Shown here piece after piece: positions 11,613 through 12,251 of a stretch of DNA of 12,251 bases; position 1 is the first letter of the stretch; each line of letters starts with the position of its first letter. Below the pieces are notes generated by a model. That model did not search any database. It saw only the letters and a list, made by a program, of their open reading frames with translations, and had not been told where the DNA came from. This DNA is from an uncultured Thermus sp. (GTDB lineage Bacteria > Deinococcota > Deinococci > Deinococcales > Thermaceae). The position numbers and the translations under genes are program-made. The DNA lies in NCBI GenBank assembly GCA_947085095.1, contig CAMTVD010000036.1, positions 1-12,251 of the forward strand. The letters are read 5' to 3'.

Positions 11613-12251
11613 ATGCCTAGACTGGAAGACCTTCTGGACTTTTGGACCCAGGTGGGGGTGCCGGACGACTGGACGGCCCCGGACACCATTGAGGCGGGTG
11701 GGGGCACCATCCCCAAAACCTCCTCCAAGGGGCTGGTGCGGGCCAGCGACAACACCATCATTGAGGTGGGCCCCTTCGCCCGCATCATGGCCCTGTACGC
11801 CATGCGGGACCGGGCGGCCCTGCGGGCCGCCCTGATGGGCACCTTCGCCCTGCAGATGGCCCGGGGAGCCCTGGACGGCCTGGAGAACCTGCGCCTGCGG
11901 GGGATCCAGACGGGGCGCGCCTACCTCCCACGGAAGTACGTGGTCGGGGGGCTCAACGTCACGGTGGGCTCCGGGCGCTCCCTCTCCATCGCCGCCGGGG
12001 TGGCGGTCCAGGGGGGCCTGCGCCGCTCCTACCCCGAGCGCCCCAACGCCATCGCCGTGCCCACGAACCCGGGTTCCACGGCGAAGACCTACACCCTCTA
12101 CCTCACCAATGACGGCGCTCCCTACCTGGTGGAGGGCACCTCGCCCCCCGAGGGGGGTTTGGCCCTGGCCCGGGTCCATGTGCCCGCCGGGGACACCGGC
12201 CCCAGCTTCGCGGGCACCATTACGGACGTCCGCCTCATCGCCACCCCGTCC
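11613..12251 (+). CDS. Probable tail fibre protein, N-terminal 213 aa (runs off the window; absent from the ORF track)
   Basis: SD AGGAGGT (11601-11607) and ATG 11613; the frame stays open to the window end (MPRLEDLLDFWTQVGVP...GLNVTVGSGRSLSIAAGVAV...LALARVHVPAG...ITDVRLIATPS). LAxVxVPA...IxDxR is typical of tail-fibre N-terminal regions. Confidence 0.75.
   Translation, partial: MPRLEDLLDFWTQVGVPDDWTAPDTIEAGGGTIPKTSSKGLVRASDNTIIEVGPFARIMALYAMRDRAALRAALMGTFALQMARGALDGLENLRLRGIQTGRAYLPRKYVVGGLNVTVGSGRSLSIAAGVAVQGGLRRSYPERPNAIAVPTNPGSTAKTYTLYLTNDGAPYLVEGTSPPEGGLALARVHVPAGDTGPSFAGTITDVRLIATPS

Larger units (their letters stand above)
3392..12251 (+). mobile_element. Phage-derived contractile tail/baseplate operon (prophage remnant or tailocin-like locus), continuing beyond the window
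   Basis: Eleven co-directional overlapping or abutting ORFs in myophage order (lysin, TMP, initiator, hub, spike, wedge, J, I, collar, fibre). No integrase, head or packaging genes in the window. Confidence 0.85.

Noticed and set aside
11585..11633. RLEDL peptide at the end of the collar protein and the start of the fibre protein
   Set aside because: Only 5 common residues with different codons; consistent with chance.
4050..12179. Long antisense and off-frame ORFs (e.g. 4317-5549, 4504-6018, 8271-9410, 10166-11062, 11126-11842)
   Set aside because: Stop-poor shadow frames expected in very high-GC coding DNA; biased composition, no motifs, and fully overlapping well-supported genes.
6977..12251. 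Type VI secretion system or Afp/PVC-type extracellular contractile injection system
   Set aside because: No TssJLM, ClpV, AAA+ ATPase or VgrG-length fusion is visible, and a TP901-type tape measure plus an M23 lysin indicate phage-tail ancestry. Genes beyond the window cannot be excluded.

Overview
High-GC window, most likely from Thermus (Deinococcota), judged from the RNase P RNA sequence and codon style. It has three parts. (1) The 3' half of the RNase P RNA gene rnpB (1-~198). (2) A lower-GC three-gene cassette right after rnpB (241-3210): a beta-class N4/N6 DNA methyltransferase fused to a C-terminal Mrr-like PD-(D/E)XK nuclease domain, a 306-aa conserved hypothetical protein (probably dual-OB/DuOB-like), and a convergent DUF488 gene. 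This is a candidate uncharacterised DNA-modification/defence module. (3) A palindrome-rich divergent promoter region (3221-3390), then a tightly coupled contractile phage-tail operon: M23 peptidase, tape measure protein, tube-initiator-like protein, hub-like protein, spike with PAAR-like tip, wedge gp25/gp46-like protein, baseplate J, gpI-like protein (apparently split by a frameshift), fibre-collar protein and a tail fibre truncated by the window end. The operon starts at its own promoter, with no head, terminase, sheath, tube, chaperone or integrase gene upstream, so it is either a candidate tailocin-like (headless contractile) system or a rearranged prophage remnant. All product calls come from motif recognition and gene order; no database search was run.
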